A DNA stretch of 64,000 nucleotides, taken from assembly GCA_965213705.1 (NCBI GenBank), contig OZ243913.1, positions 1,152,001 through 1,216,000 of the forward strand. Direction: 5' to 3'. Positions within the stretch are counted from its first letter, which is position 1, and each line of letters opens with the position of its first letter. Shown here one piece after another: positions 40,541 through 50,010 of the stretch. Position numbers and translations under genes: made by a program. Below the pieces are notes generated by a model. It searched no databases and was not told the DNA's origin. It saw only the letters and a program-made list of their open reading frames with translations. Origin of the DNA: Trueperaceae bacterium (lineage in GTDB: Bacteria; Deinococcota; Deinococci; Deinococcales; Trueperaceae).

Positions 40541-40581
40541 AGTATAGCAGTTCTATATGATATTGTCAACCGTTTTCAAGT
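40541..40581 (-). promoter_or_regulatory. Leaderless transposase promoter with 19-bp box
   Basis: ACTTGAAAACGG-TTGACA-17-TATACT-N6-ATG. Confidence 0.8.
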
Positions 40582-40586
40582 AAGGA

Positions 40587-40778
40587 TTAGTTACGTTGGG
40601 AACGTGCTTTCTCTATGAGTAAGCGTATAAATTCCGAGCGATTTACCTCTTCTTTTTCGCACTCTTTATCAAGCCAGTCGGCTTGTTCTTCACTAAGCCT
40701 GATAGCTACTCTCGTATCGCCTACTTTGGGCCTACCTGCACCTTCGCGAGCGCCGCCGTGTGAGCTTCTATTATTCAT
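40587..40778 (-). CDS. Ribbon-helix-helix DNA-binding protein (HGG.R.GAGRP N-terminus)
   Basis: 63 aa: HGGAREGAGRP, beta strand RVAIRLS, helices EEQADWLD.....NRSEFIRLLI. Confidence 0.82.
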   Translation of the reverse strand: MNNRSSHGGAREGAGRPKVGDTRVAIRLSEEQADWLDKECEKEEVNRSEFIRLLIEKARSQRN

Positions 40779-40784
40779 AGCTAA

Positions 40785-40825
40785 AGCGTAGGTGATAAAC
40801 CTACGCTTGTCAACCGTTTTCAAGT
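40785..40825 (-). promoter_or_regulatory. Leaderless RHH-gene promoter with the same 19-bp box
   Basis: ACTTGAAAACGG-TTGACA-17-TACGCT-N6-ATG; 40807-40825 is identical to 40563-40581. Confidence 0.8.
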
Positions 40826-41021
40826 TGCTTACGATTCTAAAGCCGGGTCACATAGGTATATAGTTCCCTTTCCAAAAACTGATCATTGCGCTTTTGCCAG
40901 CACTGAGTTGCTGCGAAACCGTAACTTTCTGTAAAGATGCGCCCGCTGGTCCATTCTGAGTGATAATGTCCGAGGTGCGCCCCTTTCTATCAACCTCCGC
41001 TGGCGGCTCAAGGCCAAGCGC

Positions 41022-42779
41022 GTGAAAGTAGGTCTCGGTCACTACCGCGCTGCCTTGGTGGGTTACGTCCGCCCACTGTGGCGGCAGGCCGTAGCCTTAC
41101 TCGCTCTGCTGCTCGCCGGGGTGGGCTTGCAACTGCTGAGTCCATACCTTCTGTCGCAGTTCATCGACGCTGCGACCGGCGGGGGAGCCCTCGCCCTGCT
41201 TGTCAGGTTGGCGATTTTGTACCTGGCTGTCACCGTTGGCGTACAACTGTTGTCGGTAGTCGAAGCGTACGTGGCCGAGAACTTAGGTCTCGTCGCGACG
41301 AACGAACTCCGGGCCGACCTGGCCGCACACGTTTTAAGCCTTGACATGACCTTCCACAACGGTCAAACCCCTGGAGCCCTCATCGAACGCGTCGACGGCG
41401 ATGTCGGGCAGCTCAAGAACTTCTTTTCACGTTTCGCTGTCGACCTGCTCGGCAACGGCTTGTTGATGCTCGGCGTGCTTCTGGCTCTCACCCGCATTGA
41501 CTGGCGCGTCGGCGCAGTGCTGACGGCGTTCACAGTGTTGACGTTTCTCGTCATCTACGGCTTGAAAGACGTAGCCGTGCCTTACTTTCGCGCCTCGCGA
41601 CAGGCGTACGCCGAGCTGTTCGGCTTTTTGGAAGAGCGTCTGGCCGGCACCGAAGACGTGCGCTCGAGCGGCGCGACCGCCTACGTGATGCGCCGCTTTT
41701 TCGAGCGGGCGCGGCACGTCTTGCGCGCTCAGTTGCGCGCGGGCTTGGTCGGCGTGAGCACTTTCAGCCTTTCGGCGGTGCTGTTTTCGCTGGGCTCGAT
41801 TATCGCCCTGGGTGCCGGGGCGCTGCTGTTCCAGCGGGGGGTGGTCAGCATCGGGACGGTGTTTTTGATTTTCCGCTACACCCAACTTTTAACAGGCCCC
41901 ATCGAAATTGTCGGGCGACAGGTCCAGGACTTGCAGCAGGCGGGCGCGTCCATCCTCAGGATTGCCGACCTGTTGGGGACTGAGACCCAACTTGCGGCGG
42001 CCGGTACGGGTGAGTTGCCGCAAGGCGCGGTTGCGGTGGCCTTTCAGAACGTTTCTTTTCGGTATTCCGCGGGCGACCAAGAAGCGGATTGGGTACTCTA
42101 CGACTTGTCCTTCGCACTGAGGCCGGGGACGAAGTTGAGTTTGCTAGGCCGTACGGGCAGTGGCAAGACGACGCTGACCCGGCTGCTACTGCGCCTTTAC
42201 GACCCGACCGAGGGGACAGTCAGTCTCGGCGGCGTGCCGCTGCCCGGCCTGTGTGCCGAAACCGTCAACAAAAAAGTGGGCATGGTGACGCAAGAAATCC
42301 AGCTCTTTCACGCCACGGTCCGTGAAAACCTGTCTCTGTTTGACCCTGCCATCGACGACGCGCGGATGCTTGAAGTGTTGCACGAAGTAGGCCTTGAACC
42401 CTGGTACCGTTCGTTGCCGGCCGGGCTCGACAGCCGCCTCGCACCCGGCGGCGGCGACCTGTCGGCGGGACAAGCCCAGCTGCTGGCTTTTGTGCGGGTG
42501 TTTTTGAAAGACCCCGGCCTGGTCATTCTCGACGAGGCGTCCTCCCGGCTCGACCCCGCCACGGAACGGCAGCTGGGGCGCGCCGTCGACCGGCTTTTGG
42601 AGGGCAGGACCGCCATCGTCATTGCCCACCGCCTCGCCACCCTTCAGCGGGTCGACGACATCATGATTCTCGAGCAGGGGAGATGCGTTGAAGTCGGCAA
42701 GCGGTCCGTCCTGGCGGCGGACCCCGACTCGCGCTTTGCCGGTTTGCTGAAAACCGGGCTGGAAGAGGCGCTGGCGTGA
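41022..42779 (+). CDS. ABC exporter, fused permease/ATPase (subunit 1)
   Basis: Six-TM domain plus [23 protein letters not shown]. Confidence 0.92.
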   Translation: MKVGLGHYRAALVGYVRPLWRQAVALLALLLAGVGLQLLSPYLLSQFIDAATGGGALALLVRLAILYLAVTVGVQLLSVVEAYVAENLGLVATNELRADLAAHVLSLDMTFHNGQTPGALIERVDGDVGQLKNFFSRFAVDLLGNGLLMLGVLLALTRIDWRVGAVLTAFTVLTFLVIYGLKDVAVPYFRASRQAYAELFGFLEERLAGTEDVRSSGATAYVMRRFFERARHVLRAQLRAGLVGVSTFSLSAVLFSLGSIIALGAGALLFQRGVVSIGTVFLIFRYTQLLTGPIEIVGRQVQDLQQAGASILRIADLLGTETQLAAAGTGELPQGAVAVAFQNVSFRYSAGDQEADWVLYDLSFALRPGTKLSLLGRTGSGKTTLTRLLLRLYDPTEGTVSLGGVPLPGLCAETVNKKVGMVTQEIQLFHATVRENLSLFDPAIDDARMLEVLHEVGLEPWYRSLPAGLDSRLAPGGGDLSAGQAQLLAFVRVFLKDPGLVILDEASSRLDPATERQLGRAVDRLLEGRTAIVIAHRLATLQRVDDIMILEQGRCVEVGKRSVLAADPDSRFAGLLKTGLEEALA

Positions 42780-44605
42780 GCAGAAGGCCCGGTAGCAATC
42801 CTAGAGGCGTGGCGGGACTGCCCACCTGGCGCGTCGTTGTGAGGCTGGCGCGCTATCGGCCCTGGCTCTACTTAACGAGCGGACTTCTTGCCGGCGTCAT
42901 GTTTTATCTGTTCCCTTTGCTGCCCGGTCTGGTCGTCAAGCGGGTGTTCGACGGGCTTACGGGCGAGGCGAACGCCTCGGTAGGCTTGTGGACGCTGCTG
43001 GCGCTCTTGGCCGGGATTGCCGTCGCCAGACAGGCCACCATCATCGGCGCGGTCGCGGCGGAGACGAGCCTGCGGCTGGTCATCTCGACGCTGCTGCGTA
43101 AAAACTTGCTGGCGCGTATTCTTAAAAACCCCGGTGCCCGCGCCGTGCCCACCTCGCCGGGCGAGGCCGTCAGCCGGTTCCGCGACGACGTGGCGGCCCT
43201 GCCGAATTTTTTGAGCTGGACCCTCGACCCGGTCGGCCAACTTCTCGTCACCGTCGTCGGGCTGAGCGTGCTGGCGAACATCAACGCCCGCCTGACGCTG
43301 GCTGTTTTTATTCCGTTGGTGCTCACCCTTGTCGTCGTCAGGCTGGCCGGCACCCGCATCGAGCGCTACCGCAAGACCAACCAGGAGGCTATAGGCGCGG
43401 TCACCAACCTACTCGGCGAGATGTTCGGCGCGGTCCAAGCCGTCAAAATAGCGGGTACCGGCGCGCACCTCATCAACCACTTTCGACACGTCAACGAGGC
43501 GCGCCGCCGCGCGACGTTGCAGGACCTGCTCCTCAGTAGGCTCCTGGAGTCCTTTTCTACCAACAGCGCTAACATTGCGATAGGGGTGTTGCTACTCTTT
43601 GCCGCACGCCTCATGCAAAGTCCGCCCGGCGTAACCGCACGTTTCACGGTGGGGGACTTTTCGCTGTTCGTTTCCTACCTCGGCTGGTTGGCGACCGTCA
43701 CCAACATGTTCGGCAACTTCTTGACCCTGTACCGCCAGACGGGTGTCTCGCTGACGCGGCTGCTCGAGTTGCTGCCGAGGGTGGCTCCGGACACCCTCGT
43801 TGAGCACGGCCCGGTTTACTTGTGGGGCGACCTGCCGAGCGCCGCGCCGCCCAGCCACAGGTTTGAGGAACATGACAAGCTCGAGAGGCTCAGTGTGAGG
43901 GGTCTCAGCTACTTTTATCCGGGAACGGAACACGGCGTTCAAAACATCGACCTGGAACTTGCGCGAGGCACGCTGACGGTTATTACCGGGCGGGTCGGTG
44001 CGGGAAAAACGACCCTCCTGAAGGTACTTTTAGGCTTGCTGCCTAAGGACGCTGGGGACGTCCACTGGAACGGCGTTTCGGTCGACATCCCCGCCGACTT
44101 CTTCGTGCCGCCCCGCAGCGCCTACACCGCGCAGGTTCCGCGACTTTTTAGCGAAAAGCTCCGCGACAACATCCTTATGGGCTTGCCCGACGGCGCTTTG
44201 CCCGCGGCTCTTCACACGGCCGTGATGGAGCAGGACATCGCAGCGCTTGAGCAGGGATTGGATACCCCGATAGGGCCGCGCGGGACGAAACTCTCCGGCG
44301 GCCAAGTGCAGCGCGCCGCGGCGGCCCGAATGTTCGTTCGCGATTCCGAACTGCTCGTGTTCGACGACCTCTCGAGCGCGCTCGATGTCATCACCGAGCG
44401 CGCTCTTTGGGAACGCGTGCTGACGCGGGAGCGGACCTGTCTGGCGGTCTCCCACCGCAGGTCGGTGTTGCGCCAAGCCGACCGCGTCATCGTGCTTAAG
44501 GATGGGCGGGTCGAGGCCTCGGGTAACTTGGACGAACTGCTGGATCGTAGTGAGGAGATGCGGCGGCTCTGGGCAGGAGAATTGGAAGTGGACGCACAGA
44601 CGTAG
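42776..44605 (+). CDS. ABC exporter, fused permease/ATPase (subunit 2, degenerate Walker B)
   Basis: [17 protein letters not shown] (catalytic Glu replaced by Asp), SHR; GTGA overlap with subunit 1. Confidence 0.92.
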   Translation: MSRRPGSNPRGVAGLPTWRVVVRLARYRPWLYLTSGLLAGVMFYLFPLLPGLVVKRVFDGLTGEANASVGLWTLLALLAGIAVARQATIIGAVAAETSLRLVISTLLRKNLLARILKNPGARAVPTSPGEAVSRFRDDVAALPNFLSWTLDPVGQLLVTVVGLSVLANINARLTLAVFIPLVLTLVVVRLAGTRIERYRKTNQEAIGAVTNLLGEMFGAVQAVKIAGTGAHLINHFRHVNEARRRATLQDLLLSRLLESFSTNSANIAIGVLLLFAARLMQSPPGVTARFTVGDFSLFVSYLGWLATVTNMFGNFLTLYRQTGVSLTRLLELLPRVAPDTLVEHGPVYLWGDLPSAAPPSHRFEEHDKLERLSVRGLSYFYPGTEHGVQNIDLELARGTLTVITGRVGAGKTTLLKVLLGLLPKDAGDVHWNGVSVDIPADFFVPPRSAYTAQVPRLFSEKLRDNILMGLPDGALPAALHTAVMEQDIAALEQGLDTPIGPRGTKLSGGQVQRAAAARMFVRDSELLVFDDLSSALDVITERALWERVLTRERTCLAVSHRRSVLRQADRVIVLKDGRVEASGNLDELLDRSEEMRRLWAGELEVDAQT

Positions 44606-44665
44606 GTACTATCGCTATTCAATTGTTCTGCGACGGCAACCGTCATAGTAAGGCAAAAAACGCCT

Positions 44666-44899
44666 TTACTCTTCGAACTCCAACAGGTCATCAGGCGTTA
44701 CCTTTTGACCGGTCAGCTCACTTAGTCCACTGAGGATGTCCGCCAACACTTCAAGGTCAAGGCGCTTGAGGGTTTCACCCTGTCGCACCAAGCGATACAC
44801 AGTGTTCTCACGACCGCGCTCGACCCGCTGAGCCAGCTTGTAAGTCGTGATCTTCCTTTTTTCTAGGTAGGCTGCAAGCTTCCACACGACGCGGGCCAT
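44666..44899 (-). CDS. Small Cro/Xre-type HTH regulator
   Basis: 77 aa W.L..YL.....T.YKLA......NTVYRL......RLDL..L..I...L.......DLLE; TAGCAT-N5-ATG. Confidence 0.82.
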   Translation of the reverse strand: MARVVWKLAAYLEKRKITTYKLAQRVERGRENTVYRLVRQGETLKRLDLEVLADILSGLSELTGQKVTPDDLLEFEE

Positions 44900-45021
44900 A
44901 GCGGATGCTAGCACCGGTTCTGGCAGATATAACACTGACGGAAGTAGTAACGTTAGAAGTGATAGTATAAGTTTCGGAGCGCAGTAACTCGGTATAACAC
45001 AGCTGAGAAAAGAGGCTCGAG

Positions 45022-45381
45022 ATGGCTGAACATCAAGGCGACGCGCCGGAGGACACGTCGGGGGTAGGGGAGACCCCCAAAACCCCAATACCCATGACCG
45101 ACACCGAGTTCGCCGTCGCCGTCGATGCCAAGCTGTGGGTCAGCCCGTCAGGCAACATGCGCAACAACACCGAGAACTACAGAGCGGTAGACGACGCGCT
45201 CGAAGACCGCGACGACGCTCTCAAACTCTTGCAAGACTTGCTCGAGCGCCTCATCCGCCTGCAAAGCTGGCGTACCTTTCCGCAACTCGCAGCGCCCATA
45301 CTCGAGGCCCTGCTCTTCGTCCAGGACATAGTCGGCCAGATAGCCGTTTTGGGACCCGACGACACGAAGTCTTCCCGGTAG
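45022..45381 (+). CDS. Hypothetical protein
   Basis: 119-aa ORF with SD GAGG, divergent from the HTH gene. Confidence 0.55.
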   Translation: MAEHQGDAPEDTSGVGETPKTPIPMTDTEFAVAVDAKLWVSPSGNMRNNTENYRAVDDALEDRDDALKLLQDLLERLIRLQSWRTFPQLAAPILEALLFVQDIVGQIAVLGPDDTKSSR

Positions 45382-45543
45382 GGGAGACTTCAAAGAAAGA
45401 AGCCGAACGGCTTGGTCCGGCTTAAAGCGTGAGCAGGGAAGTCGTAGGGGACGGTCGCTCAGTAAGAGAAGTGTAGCTCTACAAGTGTCATAAGAAACTG
45501 ACGGCGGTAGTCGCCTAGGGTGCAAGTCTGTTAGCCTACCCTC

Positions 45544-45846
45544 ATGTTCACCATCACCGTCGGCAGCCTGGTCGTGGTCAAGCGGAGCACCGCTATCTGC
45601 GACGAGGGTGAGGTGGGAGTATGCTATGAGCTGTACGGCACACCCGAGCAACCCGGTTACAGCTTTATTTTTGAGAGCGGTGGCTACGACGGCTTCAGTC
45701 CTGAAGAGGTCGACACTATCCTGGACGTGACCGGTGTGGTGTTGCCGTCGGTAGCCTCGTATGCGTTCGAGAACGTGGGGCGGCTCAAGCGGGACTTTCG
45801 GCAGGGAAGGTTCAAAGAAGCGTTCGGGGCTCGAGCCCAGGCATAA
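45544..45846 (+). CDS. Hypothetical protein (intact copy of a duplicated gene)
   Basis: 100 aa, TAGCCT-N6-ATG; degraded paralog at 54635-55054. Confidence 0.75.
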   Translation: MFTITVGSLVVVKRSTAICDEGEVGVCYELYGTPEQPGYSFIFESGGYDGFSPEEVDTILDVTGVVLPSVASYAFENVGRLKRDFRQGRFKEAFGARAQA

Positions 45847-46045
45847 AGATGGTCTGCAGCCTGTAATGCCTTTTATAGAGTCGTCCCACCGCAAGCTCAT
45901 GGCTCACTGAGGTAGTGCTTGACAGCGAAATAACAGAACTGACCAGGCGGGACTGCGAATCAGTTTATCAAAGCGCCTTCCCAAGTTTCACGAAACCCCT
46001 TTAAGCCATCTGTTGACCTTTCACAAAACCTTGTAAGATGCACGG

Positions 46046-46120
46046 ATGCTGACCGAGACCTACAAGCGCGCCTTTGACCGCCTTGTCGCTACCAGAGACG
46101 AGCTGAGCGCCGACTTCTAG
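46046..46120 (+). CDS. Possible 24-aa leaderless ORF or gene relic
   Basis: TAAGAT-N6-ATG, MLTETYKRAFDRLVATRDELSADF. Confidence 0.3.
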   Translation: MLTETYKRAFDRLVATRDELSADF

Positions 46121-46194
46121 CACTTATTGAGAAAATTCGTGAGGCGATGCTGCCCTCATACGCGAGCGTACACCTCCGGCTGCGCCCGAGCACT

Positions 46195-47454
46195 TTAGTG
46201 TTCTTTCGCAGCGAGCCAATCCAGAAGAAGCGCAGCCGTCCAGGCGAAGGTGTGGCCGCCTAAGCCCTCGCCCGTGGCTGGATTAAAGTACTCAAACAGT
46301 CCTGAGCGGTCCACAAGGGCGAAGCTGTCCTCCTTAAGCCGCTCGGCCTGTGTGTCAAAGCCGTAGTCGAGTAGTCCCTGATAAACGAGCCAGTTTACGT
46401 TGATCCAGACCGGGCCGCGCCAGTAGCGCTTCGGCTCGAAGACCGGGTCGGCGGGGTCGAAGCTCGGCAACAGGTAGGAGACCTGGTTCGTCCAAGCCTC
46501 GAGAACGGCCGTGAGTTTGCGCGCCTGCTCGTCCGTAACAACGCCGGCGTAGAGTGGCATGAATCCTTCGAAGGTGCGGAGTTTGATAGATTCACCGCCG
46601 ACGAGGTCGCGTGAGTAGAAAAAGGCACCGTCCGGGTTCCACAGGTCCTGCAGCGCCGTTTTGCCCCGCTCGAGCCACCTTTCCAGTTCGTTCGTCTCGA
46701 ACCCGAGCCGCTGCGCCAAAGCGAGCAAATCGCGGTTCGACCGGTGCAAAATCGCGTTGAAGGCGACGCTGGCTACTTTGAAGGGGGACACTCGGTATAG
46801 GGTCGCCGGGTCGTAGTCGTGTTCGCGGAACAGTTTAACGAGGCCCATGTAGCGCTCGTACTCCTCGGTTTTGGGCCGCTGCTCGCTCGAAACGTGGCTG
46901 GTGTCGCGCCGCTCGGCTGGCAAGGCCACCCGGGGGACGCGCTGCAAAGCCCTGTCCCACAAGGGACTGTTGTCCATGCCGCTCTCCCAGGGGTGGAGGA
47001 TGGCGACCAAACCCGTTTCTTCGGAGTCGCGGGCGTGATAGAACCACCGGTGAAAAGCGAGGAGCTTTGGATAAAGACTGCGCGCTTTGGCCTCGGCGAG
47101 GGCGCTGTCCCCAGCACCCTCGAGCAGTCGCCGCACGACGGTCGCGAGCACCGGGGGTTGGGTGATGCCGCTGCTCGGCACCGGGCCGGTCGCGCCCCAG
47201 GCGTCGGGGCCGGGATAATAGCCGGGGTCGGCGCGGTGAAAGACGATGTGAGGCACCATGCCGTCCGGCCACTGGGCTGTAAGAAGCGTCTCGAGTTCTA
47301 CCCAAGCCCGCGCCTCGTCGAACGTCGCCCAACCGAGCGCGATAAAACCAGCGTCCCAGAGCCACTGATACGGATACAAGCGCGGCGAAGGGACCGTGTA
47401 GCTCCCACGGTCGTCGGTGCGAAGCGTGTCGCGGCAGGCTTCAAGCAGCGTCAT
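46195..47454 (-). CDS. GH63-like glycoside hydrolase (glucosyl/mannosylglycerate hydrolase type)
   Basis: LYP.QWLWD.GF, GMVPHIVF, SGITQPP, HPWESGMDNSP, YWRGPVWIN, EYF.P.TG.GLG...F.WTAA. Confidence 0.88.
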   Translation of the reverse strand: MTLLEACRDTLRTDDRGSYTVPSPRLYPYQWLWDAGFIALGWATFDEARAWVELETLLTAQWPDGMVPHIVFHRADPGYYPGPDAWGATGPVPSSGITQPPVLATVVRRLLEGAGDSALAEAKARSLYPKLLAFHRWFYHARDSEETGLVAILHPWESGMDNSPLWDRALQRVPRVALPAERRDTSHVSSEQRPKTEEYERYMGLVKLFREHDYDPATLYRVSPFKVASVAFNAILHRSNRDLLALAQRLGFETNELERWLERGKTALQDLWNPDGAFFYSRDLVGGESIKLRTFEGFMPLYAGVVTDEQARKLTAVLEAWTNQVSYLLPSFDPADPVFEPKRYWRGPVWINVNWLVYQGLLDYGFDTQAERLKEDSFALVDRSGLFEYFNPATGEGLGGHTFAWTAALLLDWLAAKEH

Positions 47455-48714
47455 CTAGCCCTTCACTCCCCCGGCGGTAAGACCGCCGACCAAGTATTTT
47501 TCAAACCAGAAAAAGAGCACCATAATTGGCACCGTGACGATGACCGCCCCGGCCATGAGGTACTGACGCGGCACTTCTTGCGAATTGAGCCCCACCATGC
47601 CGCGCGACAAGGTAAAGATGGCGGGCGTGTCGAGAAACATAAAGGCGAACAAAAACTCGTTCCAGGCGATCATAAAGACGTACAGTCCGACTGAGGCCAG
47701 TGCGGGCAAACTCAGCGGCAAGGTGATACGCCAAATCACGCCGAGGCGCGTCGCGCCGTCGATGAGCCCGGCCTCTTCCAAGTCTTTAGGCAGTGTTTGA
47801 AAGTAGCTGCGCAGCATGTAGAGCGCGACCGGCAAGGTCGTGGCGGGGTAAACGATGAGAAGTCCCGGCAGTGTGTCGCGTAAACCCAGTTGCGTGAAAA
47901 TCGAGTAGAGCGGAATGACCAGCACGATGGCCGGGAACATGTAGATGAGGAGAATCGAGCGCGACAGTAGCTTGCGGCCGGGAAATTCAAGCCGGGTGAC
48001 CGCGTAGGCGCCGAGCACCGATAAGACAAGTGTGACGACGACGGTCACGCTGGCGACAAAGGTGCTGTTGCCGATGAAGCGCCAAAAATTGAAGGTAATG
48101 AGCACCTCGCGGTAGCCGACAAACAGGTCCGAAAGACCCTGACTCAGGTCGATGCCGAGGTAGGTCGGGTTTTGCAGCAGTTCGGCCCTCGGCTTGAAGC
48201 TCGAGGCCACCATGAAGTAAAAAGGGAAGATGACGATGGTGAGGAAAAAGGTGAAGCCGACTGCGCGTAAGACGCGCAGCAGCAGCACCTCCAAATCGCT
48301 CCGACCGACTTCGCCGAGCTTTAGACCGCGCAAGCCGTAGCGCGTCAGTTGAGCGCTGGCGACAAAGGTGAGGAGTGAGCCCAGCACACCCCAAAAGGGC
48401 TCAATTTCAGTCACGCCGAGCGGTCGCCCGGCAAAGATGAAGAGCCACAGCGCGCCGACGAGCACGCCCAAACCCAGCGCCGGCAAAGGTCGTGTGTCGC
48501 GCTCGCCGCGCACCGTTCCAACGGCGACGCCCAGAGCTGCACCTGTGAGGAGTCCCCAGCCGAGCGGCAGCGCCGTGTCGAGTCCCCCCAACACGGTCGC
48601 CGATACCGTCCACAGGGTGAGCGCCAGCGTCACGGCGAGAGCGCCCACTATTGCGGCGACGAGCACACCGGGGAGCGAGCGGTTTCGGTTCGTACCAACC
48701 TGTAGGGCAGCCAT
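47455..48714 (-). CDS. Carbohydrate ABC permease with extra N-terminal TM region
   Basis: EEAGLIDGA (EAA motif), AWNEFLFA, GLTAGGVKG; ATG 48714 overlaps the upstream TAA. Confidence 0.9.
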   Translation of the reverse strand: MAALQVGTNRNRSLPGVLVAAIVGALAVTLALTLWTVSATVLGGLDTALPLGWGLLTGAALGVAVGTVRGERDTRPLPALGLGVLVGALWLFIFAGRPLGVTEIEPFWGVLGSLLTFVASAQLTRYGLRGLKLGEVGRSDLEVLLLRVLRAVGFTFFLTIVIFPFYFMVASSFKPRAELLQNPTYLGIDLSQGLSDLFVGYREVLITFNFWRFIGNSTFVASVTVVVTLVLSVLGAYAVTRLEFPGRKLLSRSILLIYMFPAIVLVIPLYSIFTQLGLRDTLPGLLIVYPATTLPVALYMLRSYFQTLPKDLEEAGLIDGATRLGVIWRITLPLSLPALASVGLYVFMIAWNEFLFAFMFLDTPAIFTLSRGMVGLNSQEVPRQYLMAGAVIVTVPIMVLFFWFEKYLVGGLTAGGVKG

Positions 48715-49964
48715 TACTCCTCCGGAGCGTAGCGAAAATAGAGCACCATAAAGAGAGCCAGAATCAGAAACAGCACGACCGCCACCGCCGCCCCGGCCCC
48801 GATGTCGGCCAGGGCGAAGGCTTGGTCGTAGACTTGGACGGTCAGCGTCTTGGTGCCGGCGGCACCGCCGGTGAGAAGGAAAATATCGTCGAACTTGTTG
48901 AAGGTCCAGATAAAGCGCAGCAAAAACAGCGTAGCGAGGATGCCGACGAGTTGCGGCAGGGTGATGTACCAAAACTGTTGCAGCGGGCTGGCCCCGTCGA
49001 CGTCGGCGGCCTCGTACATGTCGCGCGGAATAGCCTGAAAGCGGGCCAGGATGAACAGGAACGCGAACGGAAAATACCGCCACGCTTCAAAGGCGATGAC
49101 GGTAGAGAGCGCCAGTGGCAGCTCGAGCGTGGCCCCGAACAAGTTGACACCCACCGACCGCTGCCCCAAAAAGTTCACCGCCTCGCCCAACAGTCCAAAA
49201 CGTGTGCCGAGCGCGTTGACCGCACCGCTCAGGGGGTCGAGTAAAAATGACCAGGTAAACGCCACGGCGATAACCGGCGCGACGTAGGGAAACAAAAAGA
49301 GCCCGCGCAACAGGCCTTGCCCGAAAAATTGCGCGTTCAAGAGTTGGGCGGCGAAAAGCCCCAGTAGAATCGAACCCAAAGTGCCGAAAATCGTGTACCA
49401 CAGCGTAGTGCGCAGGGTCGGCCAGAACTCGGCCGAACGGAAGACGCGCGTAAAGTTGCGGAGCGTGAAAACGGTGTTAGTAAGGATATTAGGGGCGTTG
49501 CCGACAATCTCGGGGTCACTGGTGAGCGGGTCGGCCGCCGCGCTGAAAAATGGCTGATCGGCGAGGAAGTCCAGCTCGAGGTTTTCGCGGTAACCTCCCT
49601 CCCAGCGCCCGAGGTCGCAGCCTAAAGCTAGGCCGTCCTGCTGGCAGCGAGCGTCCGTCTCTACCAGGGTGAGCCCGGCGGGAAGCGTGTCGCGCAGCAC
49701 GACCTCGTCGACGGCTATGTCTTGTGAGGAGTTGCGCATCTGGTAACGAACCCGCAGCGTGTCGCCCGACGCCGCGGGCGTTTCTAAGACGCGTTCGCGT
49801 ACCACCGGGGCCGGCGGGCGCAAGTCCGCCAAGCCGACCGGCTTGAACGAGATCCAGAGGTTGGCGAGCACCGGGAACAGCACGATGGCGAAGACGATGA
49901 CAAAGGTCGGTGCCAGCATGAAGTAGGCCAACCGTGCTTCACGACGAGCAAGCGTACCTCTCAT
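48714..49964 (-). CDS. Carbohydrate ABC permease with Ig-like (DUF11-like) extracytoplasmic insert
   Basis: YEAADVDGA and ITLP motifs; insert SGDTLRVRYQMRN....VVLRDTLPAGLT....C.....C.LG. Confidence 0.9.
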   Translation of the reverse strand: MRGTLARREARLAYFMLAPTFVIVFAIVLFPVLANLWISFKPVGLADLRPPAPVVRERVLETPAASGDTLRVRYQMRNSSQDIAVDEVVLRDTLPAGLTLVETDARCQQDGLALGCDLGRWEGGYRENLELDFLADQPFFSAAADPLTSDPEIVGNAPNILTNTVFTLRNFTRVFRSAEFWPTLRTTLWYTIFGTLGSILLGLFAAQLLNAQFFGQGLLRGLFLFPYVAPVIAVAFTWSFLLDPLSGAVNALGTRFGLLGEAVNFLGQRSVGVNLFGATLELPLALSTVIAFEAWRYFPFAFLFILARFQAIPRDMYEAADVDGASPLQQFWYITLPQLVGILATLFLLRFIWTFNKFDDIFLLTGGAAGTKTLTVQVYDQAFALADIGAGAAVAVVLFLILALFMVLYFRYAPEE

Positions 49965-49976
49965 AGGGCTCCTTTG

Positions 49977-50003
49977 CCCCGCTCCGCGTGTCGCGGAGCG
50001 GGG
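49977..50003. terminator. Intercistronic GC-rich hairpin after the SBP gene
   Basis: CCCCGCTCCGCG-TGT-CGCGGAGCGGGG, 12-bp perfect stem with no U-tract (stabiliser/attenuator). Confidence 0.65.
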
Positions 50004-50010
50004 TCAGCGG

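Larger units (their letters stand above)
38545..40868. mobile_element. IS1595-family element with passenger genes (2324 bp)
   Basis: 30-bp terminal inverted repeats with 27/30 identity (GGGAACTATATACCT[G/A]TGTGACC..GCTTT; 38545-38574 and 40839-40868) enclose an intact IS1595 transposase. No target duplication is visible. Confidence 0.9.

Noticed and set aside
34602..45100. Complete Tn3 transposon with 38-bp terminal repeats
   Set aside because: GGGG runs near 34602-34612 and 45060 do not form a matching inverted pair, and the transposase is a stub.
45148..45900. Minus-strand ORFs 45148-45900 and 54503-55078 as a paralogous gene pair
   Set aside because: Their similarity is the antisense shadow of the plus-strand duplicated gene, which has the promoter-like box and coherent frame.
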